From Okamejei kenojei (lineage: Eukaryota): 64,000 nucleotides of DNA. The notes under the pieces were generated by a model. It searched no databases. It had not been told where the DNA came from and worked only from the letters and a program-made list of their open reading frames with translations. The DNA lies in contig CM069156.1 in assembly GCA_035221665.1 (NCBI GenBank), positions 24,924,001-24,988,000 on the forward strand, written 5' to 3'. Of the stretch, positions 15,041 to 26,170 are shown one piece after another (positions within the stretch are counted from its first letter, which is position 1; the number at the start of each line of letters is the position of its first letter). The position numbers were made by a program, and so were the translations under genes.

Positions 15041-15754
15041 ATTGGAGATAGAAAAGTTCTTGATTAGTAATGACGTCAAAGGTTACGGGAAGAAGGCAAG
15101 AGAATGGGGTCGAGAGGGAAAAATAGATCAGCCAAGATTGAATGGTGAAGCAGATTTGAAGGGACGAATGGCCTAATTCTGGTCTTATGGATGCTAAAAA
15201 CTTGGATACTGTTTAGTGTAATCGTTAGCAAGGTATTCTAGAATACGCGGAATTAATGTGTTGAATTTTGCCTTTTTGAATACATTTGAGTAGCCAGGGT
15301 GGAAAGGCTTTAATTAAACTCTACAAAAGTGAGCTGAGTGAATGGCCTCTTGTTCAAAGTCAACTTTCCTCAGCGATGAAGACCAACACAGAAGATGAAC
15401 AGTTGAGTTACTGAGTTTAATACCAAAAATGATTAGGCACCTGAAATTACCATCGACTGTCTGTTATTGCCGCATGTGAAGCAAATTCAAAATATTTGAT
15501 ATGGGCACTACTGAAGAACAAATCTATAAATGGCTCTCTAATTTTGGATAAAAATAAGGCAAAATAAATCCGTGCTCCCTGATGAAATCCACGTCTGGAG
15601 AATGCTAGTGTTTCTGATCTATGTCTGACATTTATACCATTGTCAGTAAGTGGTGCTATCGTTGCTATCAGAATTCCATGTAATTCCTTTGTAGTACGAT
15701 ATTCCTGAATTGTGCATACCATGAGCTCATTTTGAACTACTATGTTCTCTCTTC

Positions 15755-17320
15755 TAGTTATACAGCATGGAAACAGGCCCTTCGTCCCAACTTGTCCACA
15801 CTGACCAACATGTCCCATTTGCACTAGCCCATCCTGCCTGTGTTTGGCCTATATCCCTCTAAACCCATCCTATGTACCTGCCTAATTGTTTCTTAAATAT
15901 CGGGATAGTCCTTGCCTCATCTGCCTAATCTGGCGGCTCATTTCATGCACCCACCAACCTTCGTATGGAAAAAGTTACCCCTCGCATTCCTATTAAATCT
16001 TTTTCCCTTCACCTTAAATCTACGTCCTCTGTTTCTTGATTCCCCTACTCTGGGCAAGAGACTCTGTGCGTCTACCCAATCTATTACTCTCATGATTTTA
16101 TACACCTCTCTAAGATCACCCCTCATCTTCATGCGGTCAAATGAATAGTCCCAGCCTACTCAACCTCTCCCTATAGCTCAGTCCCTCGTATCCTGGCAAC
16201 ATCCTCGTAAATCTTCTCTATACCCTTTCCAACTTGACAAAAAAATTCTTGTAACTTGGTACCCAGAACTGAGCACAATACTTTCAATGTGGCCTCACCA
16301 ACGTCCTATATAACAGCAACGTGACCTACCAACTCCTATACTCAATACTCGGTGCCAAAAGTCTTTTTGACCACCCTATCCACATATATATGTGATGCCA
16401 CATTCAAGGAACTATGTACTTGCACTACTAGACCCCTCTGTTCTACAACACTCCCCGGATCCCTACAATGTAGATTCTGACTTTCCAAAGCAAATCTTGA
16501 ATTCCATCAACCATTCCTCAGCCCACCTAGCCAACCAATCAAGATCCTGCTGCAATTTTTGATAACGATCTTAACTGTCTGCAATACCACCCACTTCTGT
16601 ATTATCTGCAAATTTGTTAATCAAGCCATGTACCTTCTTATCCACATCATTGATATAGATGACAAACAGTAATGGGCCCAGCACCAAACCCTGATGCTCT
16701 CCTAATGCCAAGCCATTTTTCAAACCAGAATACCAAGTCACTGTTGGTTCCATGTGTCTTAACCTTGCAGTCAGCATACTATGAGAGATCTTGTCAATGT
16801 CTTTAAGTCTATGTAGACAACATTTATGCCTATCTTCATCAATCATCTTTGAAGCCTCCTCTTAAAACTTTTCCAAGATTATACAATGTGAACTTTCCTG
16901 CACAAAGCTCTGCTAACTATCATTAATAAATACAAGAGTTTCCACATGTGAGTAGATCCTATCCCTGAGAATCTTCTCCAATCGCTTCCCTATCACTGAT
17001 AGAAAATCACTGGTTTATAATTTCTGGATTAACCATATCACATTCTGTTATCCTTATTGCCCATCTTAAAGGAAAGCATTAGTTATTGTCCAGTCCACTG
17101 GCAGCTTGCCTATGGTTTTCCTTAATCCTCCTAGCTAAGGTAATTTTGTGGCCCCTTTTGACACTCCTGATTTCCTGTTTGAATTCTTTCTTGCTTTCAA
17201 TATATTCCTTCAGGGCCCTGTCTGATTTAACGTTCCTAAACCTCGCAAATATTTCCTCTTTTTTGACTAAATTTATCATGCATCTCATCCAAGGTTCCAG
17301 AATCTTGCCATCATTGCTTT
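15755..17320 (-). mobile_element. Decayed CR1-type LINE
   Basis: ORF remnants QGLVLGPLLFVIYIND...KFADNTEVGG and MRGDLREVYKIMR...RGNFFHTKV; 3' tail near 15755. Confidence 0.85.
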
Positions 17321-17709
17321 AAATAAATCGGTCCAAATTTATCTTTTAACTTTTATTTCATGACATATTACCAGATGGCATAGCTTTTTATTATAGAAAA
17401 TTGTGATACTACTATTTCCCAGGAACTCCTGCCCTCACCGTGTCAAAGGGGTTGCCTATACATTGAATTGCAGAAAGCTAAACCTCAGGGGAAAGCTGAA
17501 ATGCCGCATTGAGTGCATTTATGTTGCCTTTTTCTTGTTTTAATAGAGGAAAGAGGATGTCTTGCAGTGTTGGAACAGTGTGTTCCAAGTAAGTAAGCTG
17601 ATTTAAGAGATCATCTGGTCTTTATTATGCATTGAAATTGAATTTGTCCCATTCAACCATGATACAATGTCATTTGATTCAATGGAAGATATCGTGAGGC
17701 AGCTTACAC

Positions 17710-19086
17710 TAAAAGAGCTAATAGCCAAATCTAAAATTGAGTCGTTCTTCTACAAAAGCATGGACTAGTAGAACAAAAGAATCCCATCTGACGAGATTGC
17801 CATGGTCTAGCTTTAACGTTTGTTGCTATCTGCTTTTTAAGAAACAAACTTTGACATTTGGCTGTAGTCGGCAGGGATCTCGCTGGGACCAGCAACAGGT
17901 GACTGAGTAAGAGGGTGCAGTTGACCGGGATCTGAAGGGGAGAAAACTGAGCTCTGATCGAACCCTTTGAGCCTGGCCTCCCGAAGAAGCTCCCGGTAAA
18001 AAAACTAAGGTTGCTCAGTCTGAGGTTGGCCTGGTTCCAGACAAGATCCTTAGAAGCAGACAGCGAAGATAAGACCACTTGTGTAAAGGATTGGCTTCTG
18101 TATTGGAAATGAGTAAAGGATTGACTTGTGCATTGGAAATGAATAAAGGATTGGGCACGGCAGACTAAAGAGGTTTTGTCACAGTTAAAGAATTGGACAC
18201 CGCAGACTACAAAGTGTTTGTCACTAATGTGTATTGGAAAGACAATGTGTCTTGAAGAGACAGTGTTTCGAAAAGACTGTTGTGAATTTGGCTGAAAGGA
18301 TTACACCACTTACTGGTGGCACCTGATCCATTGACACTAAACAACTTCATCAGGATGGTTGTCAATAAAGAGAGTGAGAACTGGTTGCCATACCATTGGT
18401 TTGATGGACTTTGGGGTACTATTGAACTGGTAGCCATACGTTTGATTTGATGGACTTTGGGGTACGGTGATACATTCTGCTAATCATTGCTCTAATACTT
18501 GCAACCATTATGTATACCTACCGAGGACTGAATGTTATCATGTTTGACAAAAAGGAGGGAACGAAGAGCTAATAGTCAAATCTAAAATGGAGTTCTTCTA
18601 CAAAAGCATGGACTAGTAGAACAAAAGAATGGCTCGGTGTCAAGTCTGAATTACTTTGTAAATTATATGGAACACAGTATGGAGGACAGGTTGTCTTTTC
18701 AATAAAGAAATTAAGATGGAATCCTGCAGTAATAACATGTGCTTCATTCAGGGCCATAAAGAAGCCAAAAATAGCTGAAGCTCCAGAGATAAGTAATAAT
18801 TGTTATTGGTGAGCTTGATTTGGACCAAGCTTTCCTATATTGTGAAAGGCTACAGAATCTTTCAGTCATGCCATATTCAGACTTGGTAGGAGTGTTTTAC
18901 TGATAAGAAAAATGTATAATTGTGCTAACTCTCCTTTGTTCTGTGAGTGGGAACACGAGAAGCACTGTGCAATGTTTGTGCTCATTGTAGATCTTTGCCA
19001 CTCCCTTCTGACGGATCAATTAAAGATTGCCATGGTTTGCCTTTAACGTTTGTTGCTATCTGCTTTTTAAGAAATGAACTTTGACA
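17710..19086 (+). mobile_element. Internally deleted LTR element / endogenous retrovirus (5'LTR 17710-17856, PBS, ~700-bp internal region, PPT, 3'LTR 18562-19086)
   Basis: 17713-17782 repeats 18564-18630 and 17782-17856 repeats ~19002-19086; both end ...CTTTGACA. PBS TGGCtGTAGTCGGCAGGgAT (17859-17878) is complementary to the tRNA-Ser 3' end apart from 2 insertions. PPT AAAAAGGAGGGAA (18549-18561). Flanks acac / atac. Confidence 0.85.
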
Positions 19087-21329
19087 ATACGGTAGAACTA
19101 AACCCAACAGTAGATACATATGAAACTCGTGAACCATTGAGGACTGTTCATATTTCAATTGATTTTCTTTTCTTGCAATAAAAACTCACTCGGGCAATGT
19201 TTCTGGGATTATTATCAAGCAGATGGAGACTGTTTCAAGAAAGTGAGCATAAAAACAAGTTTTGAATGACTGGCAGAAGAAATTTGACGGGCTTAATAGC
19301 TTAAACCTATTTCTCGTGTGAGTTTCTGGTTTATTGTCTTCATCCAGGATTTACCTCTTATGTTTTTGATGAAGTTACACACTATTTTTCTATTAGCTGT
19401 ATGTACAAAACTAGAGTTTTCTTTAAATGTAAAGGTTTACCAAGACGCAGCAAACTTTCTCCTATTTCTTGACATCTATTGAATATTGCTGCTTTAAAAT
19501 GAACAACCCAACTGGAAACATTTGGTTCCAAAAGTTCATAGCTGACATATTTAACTGATGTTATAAAGATGAGGAATGATCTCCAGTGAGAATGTGTTTC
19601 ACTTGAGCAGCTGGGATCAAGCTGCATGACTGGTGAGGGTTGCAATTGCTTACAAATTCTTTTAAACAGAAGACTTTGGCTGGGAACTGTTCTGCAGATT
19701 GGATTGTACACTCAGCTGCTTTTCTAATTTGGCACTCTCATCCCAACCTGTTATGACACTGTGTCCCTGAGTATAATTGAAAATGGCAAAGATTGCTGTG
19801 AATGTGACAGATGTGTGCAAAGGCAATATGTGAAATGTTTGACAGAATAAAAGCCTGAGGAATGCTGTTGCCTGCCATTCACTGACTCTTGAATTCTATA
19901 CCATATTCAAAGTTGGGAATCTACTATTATCAAGGTCCAAAAAAAAGACTGCCAATAGTTTTAAATAATTACTGGAAAGATTCTGAACACTTGGAGTTGT
20001 TTCCTTTTTTATGAAATCTTTCCTTAAAAGAATAGACTTGAATAATGGTCGTGACCATATTGCTGAATTGGACACCTCTATAGTCCTCTGCCCTTGATCC
20101 CACTGGAGTGGATGACATTCCCAAGCATGCTTGTTTGGAATAGGGGCCTGTAGAATTCTAATAGTGGTACTGCCCTCCCTGAGGGTGCACTCTTCCATTG
20201 ATAAGTTTGTTGCAAAAAAATCATGGTAGTTCCACTTCTAAGAATCCTACCATGATATCCAATTATTTGGCATTACTTTATTCAGATCTTGCACTTAAGT
20301 TCTCCATTAGACTAACATCTGAGGTCAGCAGGTTAGTGTTGGAATGTGATGTGTGCTGATTGGAATGCTTTCTGGTAACTGTTTATTGCATTGACCTTAA
20401 GAGCCAAGGACAATCTTGTGCCTACATCAGGTATTTTTCAATTATTTTTACCAGTTGCCGCCTTTTCCTAATTTTTGGTGTTGACTCCTTATTGGGGTGA
20501 TTTTGGGTGGTATGGCACCTTTGTCCATTTAATTTCTCTATGTAAATTAATTTGTGAGTCTTGTATCAACCAGTGAAAAGTAAAAACTTGCTTTTAAACT
20601 GGAATTTACTCTGTATAGTAAAAATGCAGTTGTGAATCGATGAATAAATTTATGGAATGCATTCCCTTCTTTGGGTGTGGTCCTTGATTCATCACATTTT
20701 CTACCTATCAAATCCTACTTTATTCAATGACCAGACAGACCATAAGTCATGTACTGTATCTTTTTTATTAAATTGCCTTAAGCTTAAGTTGATGATTTTG
20801 TTGGCTTTGAGGAAGGTTAAATGTTTATAACATTTCAACAATAGCAATGTAATTCCAGGAGGAAAAGATTCAATTTACTATCTATCTGCACCCATCTATC
20901 AATGCCCATTCTCAATTAAATCCATTTATCACGTCTGTTTTGCATTTATCCACGTCCCTTCACAGATGCCGCTTGGTTTGCTAAGTTCCTCTAGCACTTT
21001 GATTTTTGCTCAACGTTCCAGTATCCGTAGTCTTGCCTCCATTGGGCAAACTTGGACTTCTTATTTCCCTGGAACTCTGGAACTAGTTGTTTCCACCACA
21101 TCTTTTAGTTGCAATGGTTGCCTTTAACCATATTGGGCAATTACATTACTTGAATCACCTACTAGGACATATTTTGTATGTTGGAGAAAAGTGGAGCACC
21201 TAACGGAATGAATAAAGTGAGGGAGAGAACTTACAAACTGCGTCCACACTGTGTGAGCGCGCGTGTGTGCATCTTTAAAGTCTTAAATGAGGGAGGGTGA
21301 ATAAGGCAAAATGAGCGGCAGTTGCAGCT

Positions 21330-21830
21330 ATGGGTGAGTGCTCGAATATTGCTTTGGGGAAATGGGTGAGTGGTGGAAAAATGCGTTGGGGGGCCAGGCC
21401 TCCCCTATGACAGGGTCCCGATGGGTCTCACTTGGTCTTGTATTTATATTACTAAAACTCTCATCTTGTTTGTACCTATATTTGCACAAAAACAGTACAC
21501 AATAGTGCAACAATTTTAGGCCCACCTATTTACCATTGTCCTGGGATGTGCAGTATCAATTTTTGATCAGATTGATGTTATTGACTCTTAAAATAAAAAT
21601 AACAATTTAAACAGCACCCCTACTTGCTGTCTTTACTTGACTGGTGTCATAATGGGGACCCAATGGTTTCCTTCTATTTTACAAACGCCTCCAAGGGTCC
21701 ATTCTGCCGTGAACGGCACAACTTTGAAGCGGAAGACACGCCTGCGCAGTGCGGACCCGTCAGCCGCGCATGCGCAGTTTGGTGGAATATTACATTGGGG
21801 GAACAGGACCCAATGGGTCTGCGCTTGGTC
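21330..21830. repeat. Two fragments of an unclassified non-autonomous repeat with terminal hairpin (MITE or Helentron-associated)
   Basis: ggtggaa.attgcgttggggga...ggacccaatgggtc..acttggtc occurs at ~21365-21440 and ~21780-21830, and in reverse orientation at ~59745-59885. Confidence 0.5.
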
Positions 21831-22003
21831 CTTTGCCTCTTCACTCCAAAACTTCCATGGCAATAGTGAGGCATGGGAGAAGGGAGGCAAGAGCTTCGGT
21901 GATGGGGGAAATTCACTGACACCAAGTTGTACATGCCTCTTGCATTAAAGACTGCCAAAGTCCCAAACAGCTGCACTTCCCCACATTATTGAAATTATAC
22001 CAG

Positions 22004-24161
22004 CCAAAAGTCAGCAACATGCATTGAGATTGTATATCATATTGAACATGGTGTTATAGTATCTTGATTTAGTAAAGAAGTTCAATATATTTTATTGATG
22101 TTAGCTAATAAACATATTATGAAAAAAGAGATAATTTTAAAAAGCTGTCAATATGAAGATTAATAAGGTTCTCGAGGCAGGGGGCGATACACTGAACATA
22201 GGACAGATTTACAAAGGGAATTCCAAATCTCAGCATCTTTGTAACAGAACACATGAACAAAAGTTGAACATAGAACCCCTTTAAAGAGGGACTAATCTTC
22301 TATCTCAATGCCATGCTACCATACCATCTTCACAAATCTCAATTTGCACAATTACTATGAGGTATCAAATATAGCAAATGAGCTTCCACATCCCTCATGG
22401 GCAGAACATCCTGGGATTAGTGACCCAGTTCTAAAACTCCAGCCAGGTAACATCAACCTCCATGTCAATTTTCGATTTTAGCAAGACCAATTCTCACTTG
22501 TTTAATTCTCACTGTAAGGGTCTAGACTGCATGGTTTATTCTCGCATGACAAACCTAGTGAATCTTCACTGCATTGCCTCCATTGCAATCATATCCATCC
22601 TTGTGTATGGAAACCAGGAGTGGTCCCACAAGGGTTACATTACACCCTCTTGCAATAAATAGAGGACAAAGTATCATGGACCTTTTAATCTGCTTGTTGT
22701 ATCTCCACATCAACTCCGAACAACGGTGATAAACTTATCTGCATTCCATTTATCACTTTAACCCCTTCAGCCTCAACACATTCAAGGCACGAGTCCCACA
22801 ATTGTGGCCACCCCAATTCTAACTACTTGATAATTACAAGTCATGCGTTTGTTGCAAAGCTCTGGAATTCCCATCCAACATTAAAATCCTTTTTAACCAT
22901 GCATTTGATTATATTCCCCAATACATGCAAAGGATGATCACCCTGGATAAGGTATAGAAGGGCCAAGAAATATTAATATTTCACAAGAACAAAAGTCGAG
23001 GCACAGCACAGAAAATTGGATCAGTTTAGTCAGTGTTCATCACCAAAACCAGGCAGAGATAGCACAAGTTGGATGCAGATTGCTGCTCCCTCTGCACTGT
23101 CCTGTCACACACTTTCACAATAGGGACATTGTGGTTAATTGCAGTTTCTTAAAACTGATCATGACAATCTTAATATTTAACGGCCATGACTCAGCAAAGT
23201 ATTAAACAGGATACTTATCTAGCAACATTTTCTCAGGGAAAGGCGTCAGACGCTTGAAATCCAGCAGGTCCAGACTGATAAGTCACTTGTCTGTTACTAT
23301 GTCCTTGCATACCAAGTTGAAGGAAAGCTGGCTGCTATCAGCAACAGCCACATAAAGTATGTCATTCCACAAAGTGGGCAGCCATCACAATACGTGTTGA
23401 AGAAGGAACTGCAGATGTTGGAGAATCGAGGGTACACAAAAGGCTGGAGAAACTCAGCAGGTGCAGCAGCATCTAAGGAGCGAAGGAGATAGGCGACGTT
23501 TCGGGTCGAGACCCTTCTTCAGCCATCACAACACCCTGTTTCTTTAAGGAAAAGCATTGTTTTGTTCCTAAAACAATCGCCAATTAGCTTCGCCACCTGA
23601 ACATTGATATTTAAGATGAGTTTTGGATTTACATCTGGGACCATGTGGGGGGATGGAAAGCGAAAGAAGAAATGTCTACTTCAATTATTTTCAATATTCT
23701 ACGTCAAGAGTGTTTTATTGTCCCAGATAGAACAATTAAATTCTTACTTGCTGCAGCACAACAGAATATGCAAACATAGTACACTGTAAACAATATGATA
23801 CACAAGAGAGAATAAAGTTCAGTGTGTGCGCGCGCAGCACTAATATCTTTTTCTTTGCACTACCTGTTGTACTTATGTACGACTAAATTATACTCACATA
23901 TAATATGATTTAACAGGTAGCACAAAGTTTTTCACTGTATCTCTGTACATGTGATAATAATAAACCAATAACTTGTCTCTATGCACCCAAAGTATAATAA
24001 TTAAACATGAAACCTCTTTTTAGAGGCAAATTATCTCTTTTTTCATAATATGTTTATTAGCTAACATCAATAAAATATATTGAACTTCTTTACTAAATCA
24101 AGATACTATAACACCATGTTCAATATGATATACAATCTCAATGCATGTTGCTGACTTTTGG
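22004..24161. repeat. Perfect 134-bp inverted duplication (22004-22137 vs 24028-24161)
   Basis: ccaaaagtcagcaacatgcattgag...gaaaaaagagataattt is the exact reverse complement of aaattatctctttt...ctgacttttgg; arms 1.9 kb apart. Confidence 0.93.
23391..23522 (-). mobile_element. Short PLE-derived insertion with intact hammerhead core and 12-bp TSD
   Basis: Direct repeat cagccatcacaa at 23379-23390 and 23520-23531. The minus strand reads CTGAAGA-AGGGTCTCGACCC-GAAAC-GTC-GCCTAT. Confidence 0.78.
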
Positions 24162-24166
24162 TTGGT

Positions 24167-25653
24167 CCTGTGCCCAACCTTCAGGACAGTTGGGCACAGG
24201 ACACATCATCAGTAGTATACCCTTGCATCACTGGGTGTTTCAGCTTTTTAACACTATATACCCTCCACAAGGGCGGCCCGCTACAGGATGATCAGCCCTC
24301 AGCGCATGTCCTGTGTCGAACTGCCTCAAAGATTCACCATGACGTATTTGGGGCCCAGCATGGGTCTTTCCGCTCGAGCCAAACCCAACGGCTGCTTCTT
24401 TCAGCCGCGTCTGAGAGTGATCTTATGGTCTTCTGCAGAACCTGACCGTGGATTCCAAGCTCCTTCAGCAGTCTGATGATAGATGATGCAACAAATCCTC
24501 TGCATCCCACTTCAACTGGATAAACTTTGGTGTTCCAGCCACGCTGCGCTGCAAGCTCTGTGTAGCGCAGCTTCTTACGCTCATAGGCCTCCACAACAGA
24601 GTTCTCCCATAGAACTATGAGCTCTATGATGGAAGCAGTCTTCTGTGAAAGGGACCAGAACACCAAATCTGGCCTGAGGTTGGTTGAAGCAATTTCAGGT
24701 GGAAAGATTAGTTGTCGGCCGATGTCCGCCAGCATCCTCCAGTCACGGGCCTTGCATAGGTTTCCTTCTTCTGATCTGGTGGAAGGATGTTTAGGGGTGT
24801 TCTGTCCTTCTCGGACAAAGGTTGTCGCCCTTAAGTGGGAGGGGTTGCTTGCTCTCGGAGGCAAGGAGTTGGTCGCACACCGCCTGTTCTCAAGGGCTGT
24901 TGCCAGGCTTTTTAATACCTGATTATGCCGCCACGTGTATCTCCCTTGCGTGAGGCTGGTCTTGTAGCCTACCATGATGTGTTTGAGGGTCGCTGGAGTT
25001 GGGCAGAGGGCACAGGTTGGATCCTCGCCGTACCTCTGATTGTGGTTCTTTGGTGATGGAAGGACGTCGTATATCGCTCTGATGATGAAGCTGATCTTGC
25101 TTGATTCCATTTCCCATTGTTCTTTCCAGCTGATCTTCCTCCGCTCCACACCTGCCCACTGCATCCATTGCCCCTGTTTGGCAAGAGAGACCGCCTTTGC
25201 ACTTCTTACGGCCTCCTCCTGTCGCCGCACCTCCTCAACCACCAATGTCCTCCACTCTGATGTTGTGGCCTTTCGCCAAGTTGGTTTACTTGTCGTAAGG
25301 CCAAAGCCTCCTCTTCCCTGCTGCACTTGCCCCACAACGTCTTTGTGCCTCAGGGCTGATGAAGCTTGCTGTACTGCATCGGATGGTGTCCACTTCCGGC
25401 CAGTTACTAGGGGCGGCGCAACAGCACTGATGGTCTTGTCTCTAGAGTTCCTCAGTGTCATCTGGAGTCTTACTTTGGAACATTTGTATTCCTCTGTTAG
25501 ACTAGTGAGAGGTAGTTCCAGGACCCCTTTGCCATAGAGGCCGATGTTAGTTAGACATCGTGGGACACCGAGCCATTTCTTCGCGTAAGAAGTTATGGTT
25601 TGCTCCATCTTCTCCACAGTTATTGGGGCTTCATAAACGGTCAGTGGCCACAT
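24167..25653 (-). mobile_element. 5'-truncated non-LTR retrotransposon with restriction-like endonuclease (Hero-like, R2 group)
   Basis: Uninterrupted frame 24334-25653: RT C-terminal region (WPLTVYE...KWLGVPRCL), CCHC-like knuckle CALC...KHIMVGY, GRYTWRHNQVL, PD-(D/E)xK-type RPDLVFWS...IIELIVLWE...ERKKLRY...PVEVGCRGF; ~165-bp 3'UTR. Confidence 0.88.
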
Positions 25654-26032
25654 TGTATGCATCTGAGTATGGGTTCAGGCCCAGCAGACTTTTAATCCAT
25701 GCAGAGTTGACATAAACAGCTCAGCAGTGGAAAATGCCATTGAACTATATTGTGACAATAATTACTTTATTATTACTGATAGACAGGATTCTTGGACATA
25801 TGAGAAAAGATGGGTTACATGGAAATATGTGAGGCAATAGGATTGTTTGGGTTGCAGTGAGAGGTAATATAATGTTGGGCCTCCTATGTTATAAGGAAAT
25901 GTATGATGAGAAATATGCTGTGAATTAAGTGCCGGTGCTCCTCTGTTGTATTATTTCAATACTTTACCCGGTTTAAAGCTTTTAAATGTTTATTTTGATT
26001 TGTATTGTAACTGACATTGTTTCTTTTTGTAG

Positions 26033-26170
<138 letters not shown>

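Noticed and set aside
22004-24161. 2.2-kb DNA transposon with 134-bp TIRs
   Set aside because: No TSD or recognisable superfamily termini; the interior holds old decayed repeats, inconsistent with perfectly identical arms; the right arm abuts the retroelement junction. Kept instead as a rearrangement finding.
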